63,001 nt of DNA from positions 1 through 63,001 of the forward strand of contig CAZLCO010000004.1 of the NCBI GenBank assembly GCA_964558005.1, given 5' to 3'. How positions within the stretch are numbered: position 1 is the first letter of the stretch; each line of letters starts with the position of its first letter. The translations under genes were made by a program, and so were the position numbers. This DNA comes from an uncultured Gammaproteobacteria bacterium (GTDB lineage: Bacteria; Cyanobacteriota; Vampirovibrionia; Gastranaerophilales; UBA9971). Positions 50,734 to 60,194 of this stretch are shown here, in pieces. The notes below the pieces were generated by a model. The model did no database searches and had not been told where the DNA came from. It saw nothing but the letters and a program-made list of their open reading frames with translations.

Positions 50734-51977
50734 TACTCTTCCTTTTCGTTCTGTTCCATTTCTTCTAAGTCAGACTCTCCCCCGCTTATTTCAAAGTCAG
50801 AATCATCTATGTCTTCCTGTATTTCGATGTCTTCGTTGTCATCAACAGGAGTTACTTCCATTTCTGTTTCTTCCATCTGAGGTGCTTCTTCCTGTGCTTC
50901 TCCGGCCTGCTCTTCAAGCATTTCTACTTCTCGGGATTTTGCCTCGGTGCTTATTTCAGTTATTCTTACTCCGTATTTATCGCCTATTATGACGAGTTCC
51001 CCGGTCGCCAGGTGCCTGTTTTCCACCTCAATAAACACTTTGTTTTCAGACATGGAAGCCACATCCACCACCAGGCCTTCGGTGATTTCCCGCAGGTTTC
51101 CGAGTTTCATTTTTATTTTTTCAAAACTTACGCTAACATCTACTTCCAGGCTATCCCATATGTTTACGTTGTTTTCTTCGACTTCATTCACAATATCATC
51201 AACTCCATTTTCTTCTTCTTCCAACTCTAATACAAGGCTGTGGCTGGGGTTTACGTTTATTTCAAGGTAATTGTCTTTGTGCTGTTTTAAATACATCCTG
51301 TAAAGATCGCTGTTATCAAGTATAACTATGTCATCAGGTTCAAGTCCTTTTATGTCATCCAGCGATGCTCGTGTTTTTCCGATTAAGATATCTGTTTCTA
51401 CATTGCTGTCTGTAAAAAAATCATAGTCTATAAGTGTTGTTGGGAGGGTTACAGGTTCCATTTTTCTGAAAATAAAGCCGGGAAAGGTTAAGATTATTCT
51501 TCCCGCTTCGTGTTCATCGTAATCACTGATGTAAAAGGTTAAATATACCAGTTTTTCATTTTGTACGGTGTGGAGTATACTGTTGATTTCTTTTCTGTCG
51601 AGTAAAAGCGGGCTAATTTTGTCGTAAACAGATTGTATATAGGCGGTTAGTATTTGGGCTTCCAGTTCGGTTATCTCTTTAAAATCCAGATAGCCGCTTT
51701 CATCCTGTCTGTGTCCCAGCGCTTTCAGGAACATAAGGTTAGCCGCGGTGTTGGATACCTTCATTACTACAGAGAACTCGCTGGTGTGGTTTATTTGTGT
51801 AGCAAAGTAGTCGTTATCCCGCCAGAAAAGAGCAGGTTCGTATGAAGCGCTGACAAGTTTGATTTTCAGGCCTGCGCCTAAAAATTCTTTGCCGGCTGCC
51901 TCTATAGCAGGACAAAAGCTGCTTTCGTAGCATTGAAAACAGTTATTCAGTTTCATTTGTGTATTTGTGTTTCCCAT
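50730..51977 (-). CDS. FliM/FliN (SctQ-like) tandem-SpoA C-ring protein
   Basis: Two SpoA-like domains, GELVIIGDKYGVRITEI, acidic tail. Confidence 0.85.
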   Translation of the reverse strand: MGNTNTQMKLNNCFQCYESSFCPAIEAAGKEFLGAGLKIKLVSASYEPALFWRDNDYFATQINHTSEFSVVMKVSNTAANLMFLKALGHRQDESGYLDFKEITELEAQILTAYIQSVYDKISPLLLDRKEINSILHTVQNEKLVYLTFYISDYDEHEAGRIILTFPGFIFRKMEPVTLPTTLIDYDFFTDSNVETDILIGKTRASLDDIKGLEPDDIVILDNSDLYRMYLKQHKDNYLEINVNPSHSLVLELEEEENGVDDIVNEVEENNVNIWDSLEVDVSVSFEKIKMKLGNLREITEGLVVDVASMSENKVFIEVENRHLATGELVIIGDKYGVRITEISTEAKSREVEMLEEQAGEAQEEAPQMEETEMEVTPVDDNEDIEIQEDIDDSDFEISGGESDLEEMEQNEKEEY

Positions 51978-52142
51978 ACCTACCGAGCCTACAACACTTT
52001 ATCCCCACAGTAGATAAGGATATTGTTTTTCAGCCCGGTTGGCATCAACCGTATAATGTATATTAATAATTTTGTACGCAATGGCAATTTTTTGTACTAA
52101 AAAAGCCCCTTTAAACAGGGGCTTTTTATAACTAATTTATAA

Positions 52143-52691
52143 TTAATAAGAAAATTCGTCTTCCGGATATTGGTCTTCTTCTTCCATTTCAGCAAAAGTT
52201 AAATCTTCTTCCGGCTCAAAATCATTTGGCAGGAGATCATCCTCCGGCCAGATGCATTCTCCGTCATATACTGACTGAGCAAGGTTTTTACACAGGCTCA
52301 GGTCGCTTCCTGTAAAGTCAGCGCTGCATATATTTATGCCGTTGAAATCAGTAGTTTCAAAGTCGCAGCACTGCACACTTGCGTGGCTGAAAGTCGAGCC
52401 TTCAAGAATTACATCAGAAAAGTCGGTTTCCGCAATAGTAGAGTGCGAAAAATTAACAGAAGTAAGGTCACTCTGGCTGAATTGAGTTTCTTCTATTTCG
52501 CAATTACTCAGGTCTGAGCCGGTAAGGTCTACGTTAGTCAGGTTTGCTCCTGAAATTTTTATATCTTTTAAATCAATTTCGCTCAAGTCGAGCTTAACTT
52601 CGCTGTCATAAGGTCTGGCCTGATTGAATTCATCTATCATGCCGTTTCTTAGGAGATGGACTAATTCATCTTTGCTGATTGATTGATTCAT
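52143..52691 (-). CDS. Pentapeptide repeat protein
   Basis: A(D/N)LxxxDL-type repeats. Confidence 0.9.
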   Translation of the reverse strand: MNQSISKDELVHLLRNGMIDEFNQARPYDSEVKLDLSEIDLKDIKISGANLTNVDLTGSDLSNCEIEETQFSQSDLTSVNFSHSTIAETDFSDVILEGSTFSHASVQCCDFETTDFNGINICSADFTGSDLSLCKNLAQSVYDGECIWPEDDLLPNDFEPEEDLTFAEMEEEDQYPEDEFSY

Positions 52692-52705
52692 ATTAAGTTC
52701 CTCTT

Positions 52706-53335
52706 TTAAATAATCATCAACTGCATACCTAGTAAAACTGCCTGTGTGCGGTTAGTGACATTGAGTTTTTTAAAAATATTATTTAAATGTGTTTTGACTG
52801 TAACTTCTCGCACAAAGAGTTTTTGGGCTATTTCATTGTTACTTGCGCCCTTTGCAACAAGGGCCAGAACCTCTTTTTCCCTGTTTGTCAACTCATCTAT
52901 AGGTTCTTCTGTCGCAAAAGATATGTTTGCGTTTGAAGCGACAAGGCTTTCGCTTTTCCATTTTGACCTTCTCAAAAGTGATTCTATTCTTGCCAGAAGG
53001 TTTGGAAGAGTAAAAGGTTTTACAATATAGTCGTCAGCTCCAAATTTTAGCCCTGAAACCTGCTGGTAATCCTGGTCCATTGCAGTAAGCATAATAACCG
53101 GAATACATTCGGTTAACCTGTTTGCGCGGATTTTTTTCAGGGTTTCCCAGCCGTCAAGGGTCGGCATTATAACATCTAAAATAACGAGATCATATTTATC
53201 CTCGTTGTTTTTTAGTGTATTCAGTCCGTTAAGCCCATTAGTTGCAATAACGACTTCATATCCGTAGGAAGGCAAAACGTCCTTTAGATATTTGGGATTA
53301 TCGTCTATAACTAATATCTTGGCAATAAAAGACAT
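52706..53335 (-). CDS. Response regulator, receiver plus LuxR-type HTH
   Basis: DLVILDVIMP, GADDYIVKPF, LTNREKEVL..SNNEIAQKL. Confidence 0.95.
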   Translation of the reverse strand: MSFIAKILVIDDNPKYLKDVLPSYGYEVVIATNGLNGLNTLKNNEDKYDLVILDVIMPTLDGWETLKKIRANRLTECIPVIMLTAMDQDYQQVSGLKFGADDYIVKPFTLPNLLARIESLLRRSKWKSESLVASNANISFATEEPIDELTNREKEVLALVAKGASNNEIAQKLFVREVTVKTHLNNIFKKLNVTNRTQAVLLGMQLMII

Positions 53336-53422
53336 AATTTTATTATATCAGTATTTTTTGAGATTTAAAGTGAGAAAATAAATAAGGGGCAAAAGCCCCT
53401 TAAATTTTTATACCGATTGATT

Positions 53423-54802
53423 TTATCCTGCTTCTCTTTCCTCAAATCGTTCCCTTGCAACGTCGTCGCCCGGGCGGTCCTTGATGCCGAGAGCTTCTTT
53501 TACGGCTTTTTGTATCTGTGCGGTGGTGTTCGCCCTCGCAAAGTACATTGGCAGGCAGTATTCCTTCGCTACATTTAGAATTTTAGCCCCGCCTTTTGAA
53601 TAGCTCTTATGGGAAATCACCACGTCAGCGTCGTCAATGTTGCGTGTGACCTCAGCATCGAGGTTGTATCTCTCAATAACCTTTTCCACTATTGACCTGC
53701 TGACTGCGTAGATAAATATTTTCTTGTTTGTTTTTACTTCTTTGAGGTACCTGTCAAAATAAGCCTCGAAGTTGACTTTCTCTTCAATAACTTCACAGGT
53801 CTCGCCCTTCTCGTCGATTTTTCTTATTTCAGGGGCTACCGGCCACTCCCTGAGCATACAGTCAACTGCTTCTGCCACGTTCGGGTAAACCGCCAGGGTG
53901 TTCCTGTCCCTGATTTCTATAATAATATCGAATGATGGCTGTTTTTTGCGCTCAAGGACTGTTTTCTGGCACCCTCTTCTTCTTGCCTCATCATCGCCGA
54001 GAGTTACGCTTTCGAGTCCGCCGATTAAATCAGACAGTGTCGGGTTTTTCATTAGGTTTTCCAGCGTGTTGCCGTGTGCTGTAGCTATGAGCATTACGCC
54101 ACGTTCGGCAATTGTCCTTGCTGCCTGCGCTTCTTTTTCAGTACCGATTTCATCAACCACAACCACTTCCGGCATATGGTTCTCGACTGCTTCTATCATA
54201 ACGTCTCTTTGCATTTCAGGAGAAGGAACCTGCATTCTCCTTGATTTTCCGATAGCGCAGTGAGGTGTATCCCCGTCGCCGGCTATTTCGTTAGATGTAT
54301 CTACTACTACAACCCTTTTATTCAGGTCATCAGCAAGCAGCCTTGCTATTTCCCTGAGTTTTGTGGTTTTGCCTACGCCCGGCCTTCCGAGGAAAAGAAT
54401 GCTTTTGTCTTTTTTAACAATATCCTCTATACAATTAATAGTCCCGGTTACGACTCTACCGATTCTGCAGGTCAGGCCTATTATTTTGCCTTTTCTGTTT
54501 CTTATTGCGCTGATTCGGTGTAGTGTACCGGGAATTCCAGTTCTGTTATCCGATGTAAAATCTTCTATTCGTTCTACTATGTAGTCAATTTCTTCTTCAG
54601 TTACCTCCTGTTTGCCCAGATATTTTAAAGTTTTATTAAGATATCGTACCTCTGGCAGTCTCCCTATGTCTAAAACAATTTCTACCAGTTCTGATAGGTC
54701 TTGTTTTTTTAATTCTCTGGTTATTTTTGGGGGTAATACGTTAATAAGTTTTTCAAGGTCGCCTAAAAAGTCTGAATAATACATTTCACCCTTTAAATTC
54801 AA
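53423..54802 (-). CDS. Ycf45/SpoIIIAA-like AAA ATPase
   Basis: TLHRISAIRNR, GRPGVGKTT, VDTSNEIAGDG, VVDEIG. Confidence 0.9.
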   Translation of the reverse strand: MNLKGEMYYSDFLGDLEKLINVLPPKITRELKKQDLSELVEIVLDIGRLPEVRYLNKTLKYLGKQEVTEEEIDYIVERIEDFTSDNRTGIPGTLHRISAIRNRKGKIIGLTCRIGRVVTGTINCIEDIVKKDKSILFLGRPGVGKTTKLREIARLLADDLNKRVVVVDTSNEIAGDGDTPHCAIGKSRRMQVPSPEMQRDVMIEAVENHMPEVVVVDEIGTEKEAQAARTIAERGVMLIATAHGNTLENLMKNPTLSDLIGGLESVTLGDDEARRRGCQKTVLERKKQPSFDIIIEIRDRNTLAVYPNVAEAVDCMLREWPVAPEIRKIDEKGETCEVIEEKVNFEAYFDRYLKEVKTNKKIFIYAVSRSIVEKVIERYNLDAEVTRNIDDADVVISHKSYSKGGAKILNVAKEYCLPMYFARANTTAQIQKAVKEALGIKDRPGDDVARERFEEREAG

Positions 54803-54945
54803 TTAAATCCTCCTCTTTCTTAGTGTACTGCTACATTTATATGAGATTTTACTTGTATTCATGGCGACGTTCTCTTGTCTTTTTAGCTTATATATATATT
54901 ATATCATACTTTTTAGCTGTTTGCACCAATTATAGACCCATTAAG

Positions 54946-55869
54946 TTAGATTTTTATTAGATTTTCCGCAACAGAAGTGATATTTTTCAGCTCCGCCATA
55001 AATTTTGCTTCTTCATACTCTTCTATATAAGAAAGAATGATTTTTTTTGCAAAAGTTCCATACCCAATGCCGGAAATTTTCAGTCCTGTCATATTGGCTA
55101 TTTCCTGAGTCAGGTAGTTAGTACCGCCGGAAAGCTGTATATAAGCGTTAATCTCTGCATCAACAAGTGTCGACGCCGCTGCAAGTGTTTTTAGCGTGGA
55201 AGTTTTTTTTGTGCCGCCCCGCATAGATAGCCCGTCTATCTGTATAATTATTTTTTTATCGAACATAGCGATTATTTTATTGGTATAGTCGATAAGTTCT
55301 TTTGAGCTAAACCTGTCTGAGCTGATACTGACGGAAATTATTCCTGTTTTGTCTATTGCCGGGCGATTGAACTCAAGAAAAGCTTTAACCTGTTCTGGAG
55401 TGCTTTTTCCCGTATGTATTTCAACTGCTTCCCGGTTCTTTATTTTTTCGGTTTCAGGCAATTTAATCATTTTTATAACGTTATGCTGGCAGGCTTCAAC
55501 ACAGCGGGCGCACCCGTAACATTTTTCCGGGTCTTTGTTTATATCGCATACCTTCAGGCATTCAAGGCATTGTACGCATTTTGAAAGGTCAAAACTTGCT
55601 TTTTTAAAATGTTTGTCATCACCGGTATTTACGCTGGTCATTATTAAAGGCAGGTTTATGGAAGGTTTAACCCCTTTTGCTTTTTGCAGTCCTCTTTTTG
55701 CGGCGTTATAAATATTTTCCTGCGGCCCCACATCAATTATATCAGCCCCTGCCAGCGCATAAACCATTGCAAGTCTTTCCACCTGCTTTTCGCTGGTGTT
55801 GGCGGCCCCGCAGATGATTTTGCGGAATGTGCCGTTTTCAAGGGCGTTTATTATTTTTGCTTGAGTCAT
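54946..55869 (-). CDS. LdpA-like Fe-S protein
   Basis: KIICGAAN..YALAGADIID, CVQCLEC/CYGCARC..C, EIHT, QLSGGTN. Confidence 0.75.
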   Translation of the reverse strand: MTQAKIINALENGTFRKIICGAANTSEKQVERLAMVYALAGADIIDVGPQENIYNAAKRGLQKAKGVKPSINLPLIMTSVNTGDDKHFKKASFDLSKCVQCLECLKVCDINKDPEKCYGCARCVEACQHNVIKMIKLPETEKIKNREAVEIHTGKSTPEQVKAFLEFNRPAIDKTGIISVSISSDRFSSKELIDYTNKIIAMFDKKIIIQIDGLSMRGGTKKTSTLKTLAAASTLVDAEINAYIQLSGGTNYLTQEIANMTGLKISGIGYGTFAKKIILSYIEEYEEAKFMAELKNITSVAENLIKI

Positions 55870-55954
55870 TCTTTTTATTATAGCTGATATTTAATTTTCT
55901 AATAAATCAGGTTAGAATTAATATAGATAATTTCAATAAATAAAGGTATTTAAG

Positions 55955-56176
55955 ATGAGTGTTAATAATCCATATTCAAAAAATACTATACAAAAGCTTA
56001 TTAAGGATTTAAATGAGTACGAAATAAAAGAGGTAGTTGATTTTATTGAGTTTATAAAAGAAAAAGATAAAAAAATCAGAAAAGCTCAGGAGCAAAGGAC
56101 TTCATTGCAGGGTATTATTTCAGGAAGCCAAATAACTGACGAGGATATCAAAGAGGCAAAAAAAATATGGAGGTAA
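55955..56176 (+). CDS. Putative antitoxin (DUF2281-like)
   Basis: EVVDFIEFIKEK; overlaps the downstream PIN gene. Confidence 0.65.
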   Translation: MSVNNPYSKNTIQKLIKDLNEYEIKEVVDFIEFIKEKDKKIRKAQEQRTSLQGIISGSQITDEDIKEAKKIWR

Positions 56177-56577
56177 ATATAAAGAGGATTTTAAATTTAA
56201 CTCTTGATACACATAAACTTATTTGGTATTTAGATAAATCCCTTAATAATAAACTTTCAGTAAATGCGATTGGAATGATTGCTATGGCTGAGGAAGAAGG
56301 TTCTATAAATATTCCTGTTATTGTTTTAGTTGAAATATTATATTTAATTGAAAAAAACAGGATAAAGTTAAAGTTTAATGATTTGTTAAAGAAATTAGAA
56401 AAAAACGATGCATATAATATTGTTCCGCTTGATGTTTCAATTCTTGAAGAATTTGAAAAATTAAAAGGGCTTGAAGCCCACGACAGGATTATCCTTGCAA
56501 CGGCAAAAGTAACTAAAACCCTTTTAGTAAGTAAGGATGAAATGCTTAGAAATAATTATAAAGGGGTATTCTGGTAA
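56167..56577 (+). CDS. PIN-domain (VapC-like) toxin
   Basis: LDTH.LIW, VLVEI, HDRIILATA, VSKD. Confidence 0.9.
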   Translation: MEVNIKRILNLTLDTHKLIWYLDKSLNNKLSVNAIGMIAMAEEEGSINIPVIVLVEILYLIEKNRIKLKFNDLLKKLEKNDAYNIVPLDVSILEEFEKLKGLEAHDRIILATAKVTKTLLVSKDEMLRNNYKGVFW

Positions 56578-56588
56578 AATTTATAACA

Positions 56589-57668
56589 ATGAAGAAATTA
56601 GCCTTTATAATAAACGTTTTCAGGGAAGACGACTTCCACAGCGGCGGGGAAAAACTTTTTTATGAACTTGTTTTCCGCTCAATAAATGACGGCTGTACTG
56701 TGGATTTGTACTGCACTAGCTATTTGACCCAAAATAATATTTTAAAACCAAAAATTAATAAAATAGTGTATATCGGCCACCCCAAAGACTTTAAATGCCC
56801 TGATAAAATAGAAAAGTTTTACGCAAAAGTTAAAAGCCTTACAGAAAAAGAAAATTATGACTTTGTAATCTCTGAAAACATATCGCCCCCGATAGATATC
56901 GGGATTTTACAGGGGCATTCCCTTGAACATTACAAAAAGAAATCCGGCAAACTTTTTGGGTTCTTAAAGCGTAAACATATAAATGCCCAGAAAAAATGGC
57001 TTAAAACCCCGTACAGAAAAATTATAGTCCCATCAGAAATACTAAAAGAAGAGTTAAAAGAAAATTTTAATATGCCGGAAGAAAATTTCACTGTAATTTA
57101 TCCGGGAGTGGACAGACCTGATATAAATCAGGCACAGCACGACCCCCCTCCAATTTTCACTTTTGGCCTCTCAGCCCCGAGTTTTGAGAAAAAAGGCGGG
57201 TACGATTTTTTAAGGGCAATCAAGGTTTTGATGGATAAGAATTATATTTTCAGGGCAAAAATAATTTACCCGAAGCATAAAAAGAACCTCAAGCTGCAAT
57301 ACCTGCTGGGCTGGTACGGATTAAAGGACAAAATTGAGTTTCTTGATTATCAGGAAGACATGCGAAAGTTTTATAATTCCATAAACTGTATTGTAATGCC
57401 GTCTTATATGGAGACATTCGGGCTTGTCGCTCTCGAGGCAATGGTTAATAAAATACCGGCAATTGTCGGGGTTAACTGCGGGGCCCGGGAAATTATTATT
57501 GACGGACATAACGGCTTTATCGCAGGCGATAACCTTGCAGAAAAAATGGAACTGCTTCTGGCGAATAAAGTAGATTACGATGAATTATCAAATAATGCTT
57601 ATGAAGCAGCTTTAAGTTATAACTGGGATGATTTTTATAAAAAGTTTAAAGAATGCCTGGGAATCTAA
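56589..57668 (+). CDS. Glycosyltransferase family 4
   Basis: KKGG, PSYMETFGLVALEAM. Confidence 0.9.
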   Translation: MKKLAFIINVFREDDFHSGGEKLFYELVFRSINDGCTVDLYCTSYLTQNNILKPKINKIVYIGHPKDFKCPDKIEKFYAKVKSLTEKENYDFVISENISPPIDIGILQGHSLEHYKKKSGKLFGFLKRKHINAQKKWLKTPYRKIIVPSEILKEELKENFNMPEENFTVIYPGVDRPDINQAQHDPPPIFTFGLSAPSFEKKGGYDFLRAIKVLMDKNYIFRAKIIYPKHKKNLKLQYLLGWYGLKDKIEFLDYQEDMRKFYNSINCIVMPSYMETFGLVALEAMVNKIPAIVGVNCGAREIIIDGHNGFIAGDNLAEKMELLLANKVDYDELSNNAYEAALSYNWDDFYKKFKECLGI

Positions 57669-57985
57669 TTCATACTGTTGTCTTCAACAGTGAACAGGTC
57701 ATTATAGATTGAATTAAACCGCTTGTCTTCCATAGAATCAATTAATTCCCGGATGTTTGATAATTTTTCAGTGGCAAATCCCAGCTCCGCCTGTATAACG
57801 CAGTCGTTGCAGAGCCTGTATGTTTCATACGGGAGCGACCCTGCCAGCATTTTGACTTCACCGCAGCAGTCACACTGAAACTGTTCATATGCAGAATCAG
57901 GGTTTTCTTCCAGGTCGTCCTTTTTTATCTGCTCTGATAATTGTTTTATGTTTTCGATTAAGTCTTTTTCTTCCATCACATACAT
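57665..57985 (-). CDS. Hypothetical Cys-cluster protein
   Basis: CDCC...CNDC. Confidence 0.7.
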   Translation of the reverse strand: MYVMEEKDLIENIKQLSEQIKKDDLEENPDSAYEQFQCDCCGEVKMLAGSLPYETYRLCNDCVIQAELGFATEKLSNIRELIDSMEDKRFNSIYNDLFTVEDNSMN

Positions 57986-58848
57986 ATTTTAACAGGTTTC
58001 ACCCAGTCAGTCATCGGGTCAACCGCAGTGCCGTTAACATAAAGCCCCCAGTGGAGATGCGGGCCTGTGGCAAATCCTGTTGCGCCCACTTCGCCGAGTT
58101 TTTGCCTTTCTTTGACATGCTCACCTGCTTTTACGTCAATTTTGGAAAGGTGGATGTACAGGGACACAATTCCGTTTCCGTGGTCAACCGCCACACTGCC
58201 TCCGTGCAGACGGAAGTTTTCAGCAAAGATAACCTTTCCGCCGGTGATGGACTTAACAGGAGTGCCTGTGCCTGTCTTTATATCTATGCCTTTGTGGTAA
58301 TTGCCGGAAAATTTACCGTTATAGTATCTTTTTAAGCCAAATACGGAATTTATACACCCTTCTGTCGGGCTTTCATAAGGCGGGGCGCTAGCGAGAAATT
58401 CATCGCTTATAGTGCTTTTCATCCTGTTTATTTGCCTGAATTCGTGAGGTGTACCCCTTAAGCTTGCCGTTGATTTTGATATGGTCAGGTACTGGTTGGG
58501 GAAATCTTTTTCCATTATTTTTATATATGCTTTATCCTGGAGGTTCCCGGTCTCGTCCCGCATTGATATTTTATATTCTCCGGGTTTCTCCAGTGCACCT
58601 ATGCCGATATGTCCTGTGTATTTGTTTTCACCCCTGCTAAAAAGTTTGTAAGTCCTGTCTTTAAACTCAATTATAGGATTTTTAAGTTCCTCCGGCGATT
58701 TAATATTGATAAAAATTGTACCGCCCTGCATTACTTTGTCTGAAGGTTTTAAGGTTATTTTCTTATAAATTTTTTCTTCATTTGCAAAAGAGGTGCCTAT
58801 TTTAAACACGACCAGCAAAACCGCAATTATAATACATACCTTCTTCAT
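57976..58848 (-). CDS. M23 family metallopeptidase
   Basis: HKGID, HLSK, ATGPHLHW. Confidence 0.93.
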   Translation of the reverse strand: MKKVCIIIAVLLVVFKIGTSFANEEKIYKKITLKPSDKVMQGGTIFINIKSPEELKNPIIEFKDRTYKLFSRGENKYTGHIGIGALEKPGEYKISMRDETGNLQDKAYIKIMEKDFPNQYLTISKSTASLRGTPHEFRQINRMKSTISDEFLASAPPYESPTEGCINSVFGLKRYYNGKFSGNYHKGIDIKTGTGTPVKSITGGKVIFAENFRLHGGSVAVDHGNGIVSLYIHLSKIDVKAGEHVKERQKLGEVGATGFATGPHLHWGLYVNGTAVDPMTDWVKPVKICM

Positions 58849-59266
58849 AATTTGCCTCCCATCTCTATTAATAAAAATTATAGCCTATAAATTTATCGTT
58901 AAGAAATATTAAGCAATAATCCCTGCAGGTATTAAATAAAATAATATTTTTTATGGTTTTTTCTTTTTACCCTTTTATAGTCAAAATCATGCTGGGATTA
59001 GTCATGGCATGCCTTTTGGCGATATTGGCTTTGTAAAGATTTACGTGAAATATTAAACAGACCATTGTATTTACCACTATGAGCAGTTTTCAAATGTTTT
59101 AACATAAATTTTTAAATAGGCATGCCTTTTTGGGCATGCCGATCAAAAACCACAAGAAATTAAATGTATTAATATTAACTTACATTGGAGAAGCGGAGCA
59201 GGAGTTGCAGGGCAATTCATCTCCGTAAGGGATAGAGTTAAGTGTTTGTTGGAGGAGTGATAATGA

Positions 59267-59608
59267 TTGAACAAAGAAGATCCCGCCAAAAATCTCTTAA
59301 GCATGAACGTTAAAGAGCTAAGCGAAAAGAAAAAGAAGGTATCATCGCACCTGGTGAACCTTGAATGCAAAAAACAGCAGCTATCGTTGCTTATAGAAAA
59401 GTTGACCAGTTTGTCTGCCGAAAGAAAAAATCTTCTCTCTCTTGAGCAGGGCCAGAGTATTTTTAAGGGTATTTTTTCCATGGGTGACCAGCTTAAAACC
59501 GCTGAGAACAGCAGGAAAAAATTGGAATTAGAAATACTGCAGGCAAAAGAGCAGGTTAAATCATTAAATAGTGTGTTAAGTGAAAGAGAACTATCTGACA
59601 AAAGCTAA
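59267..59608 (+). CDS. Hypothetical coiled-coil protein (start uncertain)
   Basis: Heptad pattern; TTG 59267 or ATG 59303. Confidence 0.55.
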   Translation: MNKEDPAKNLLSMNVKELSEKKKKVSSHLVNLECKKQQLSLLIEKLTSLSAERKNLLSLEQGQSIFKGIFSMGDQLKTAENSRKKLELEILQAKEQVKSLNSVLSERELSDKS

Positions 59609-60194
59609 AGCTATACAGCTAAAAAATGAAGCGGCAGGGTTTTTTAAGCACCCGCGGCTGGAGTTTGATTCGAGAAATGCAGCCCTGCTTGTGCTGGATA
59701 TGCAGGAGTTCTTTGCAGATAGTTCATCACACGCCTATATTAAGTCGATTGATTATATAATTCCTAATATTGCAGGGCTTATAAAACGTTTTCAGAATGT
59801 TATATTCACAAAACACATTAATACCGAAGAAAACGCCGGGTTAATGTCTGTGTGGTGGAAGGATATTATTAAAAAAGATCGCATAATCAGCGATTTTGAT
59901 ATAAACGGCCACACTGTTATAGAAAAAAGTCAGTATGACGCTTTTTATAATACTGATTTGGAGACAATATTAAAATGTAATAATATTGATACCCTTGTAA
60001 TAACCGGGGTTATGACGCACCTTTGCTGCGAGACCACAGCACGCTCTGCGTTTGTTCAGGGATATAAGACATTTTTTGTTGTGGATGCCACCGCCACTTA
60101 TAACGAAGATTTTCACAGGAGCAGTGTCCTGAATTTGTCACATGGGTTTGCGGTACCGGTACTTATTGACGAAATTCAAGAAAAATTAGTTTGA
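59580..60194 (+). CDS. Isochorismatase family hydrolase
   Basis: LVLDMQ, KSQYDAF, GVMTHLCCETTARSAF. Confidence 0.92.
   Translation: MKENYLTKAKAIQLKNEAAGFFKHPRLEFDSRNAALLVLDMQEFFADSSSHAYIKSIDYIIPNIAGLIKRFQNVIFTKHINTEENAGLMSVWWKDIIKKDRIISDFDINGHTVIEKSQYDAFYNTDLETILKCNNIDTLVITGVMTHLCCETTARSAFVQGYKTFFVVDATATYNEDFHRSSVLNLSHGFAVPVLIDEIQEKLV

Noticed and set aside
59005-59020. Sigma54 promoter (TGGCATGCCTTTTGG)
   Set aside because: GG-N10-GG rather than the required GG-N10-GC.
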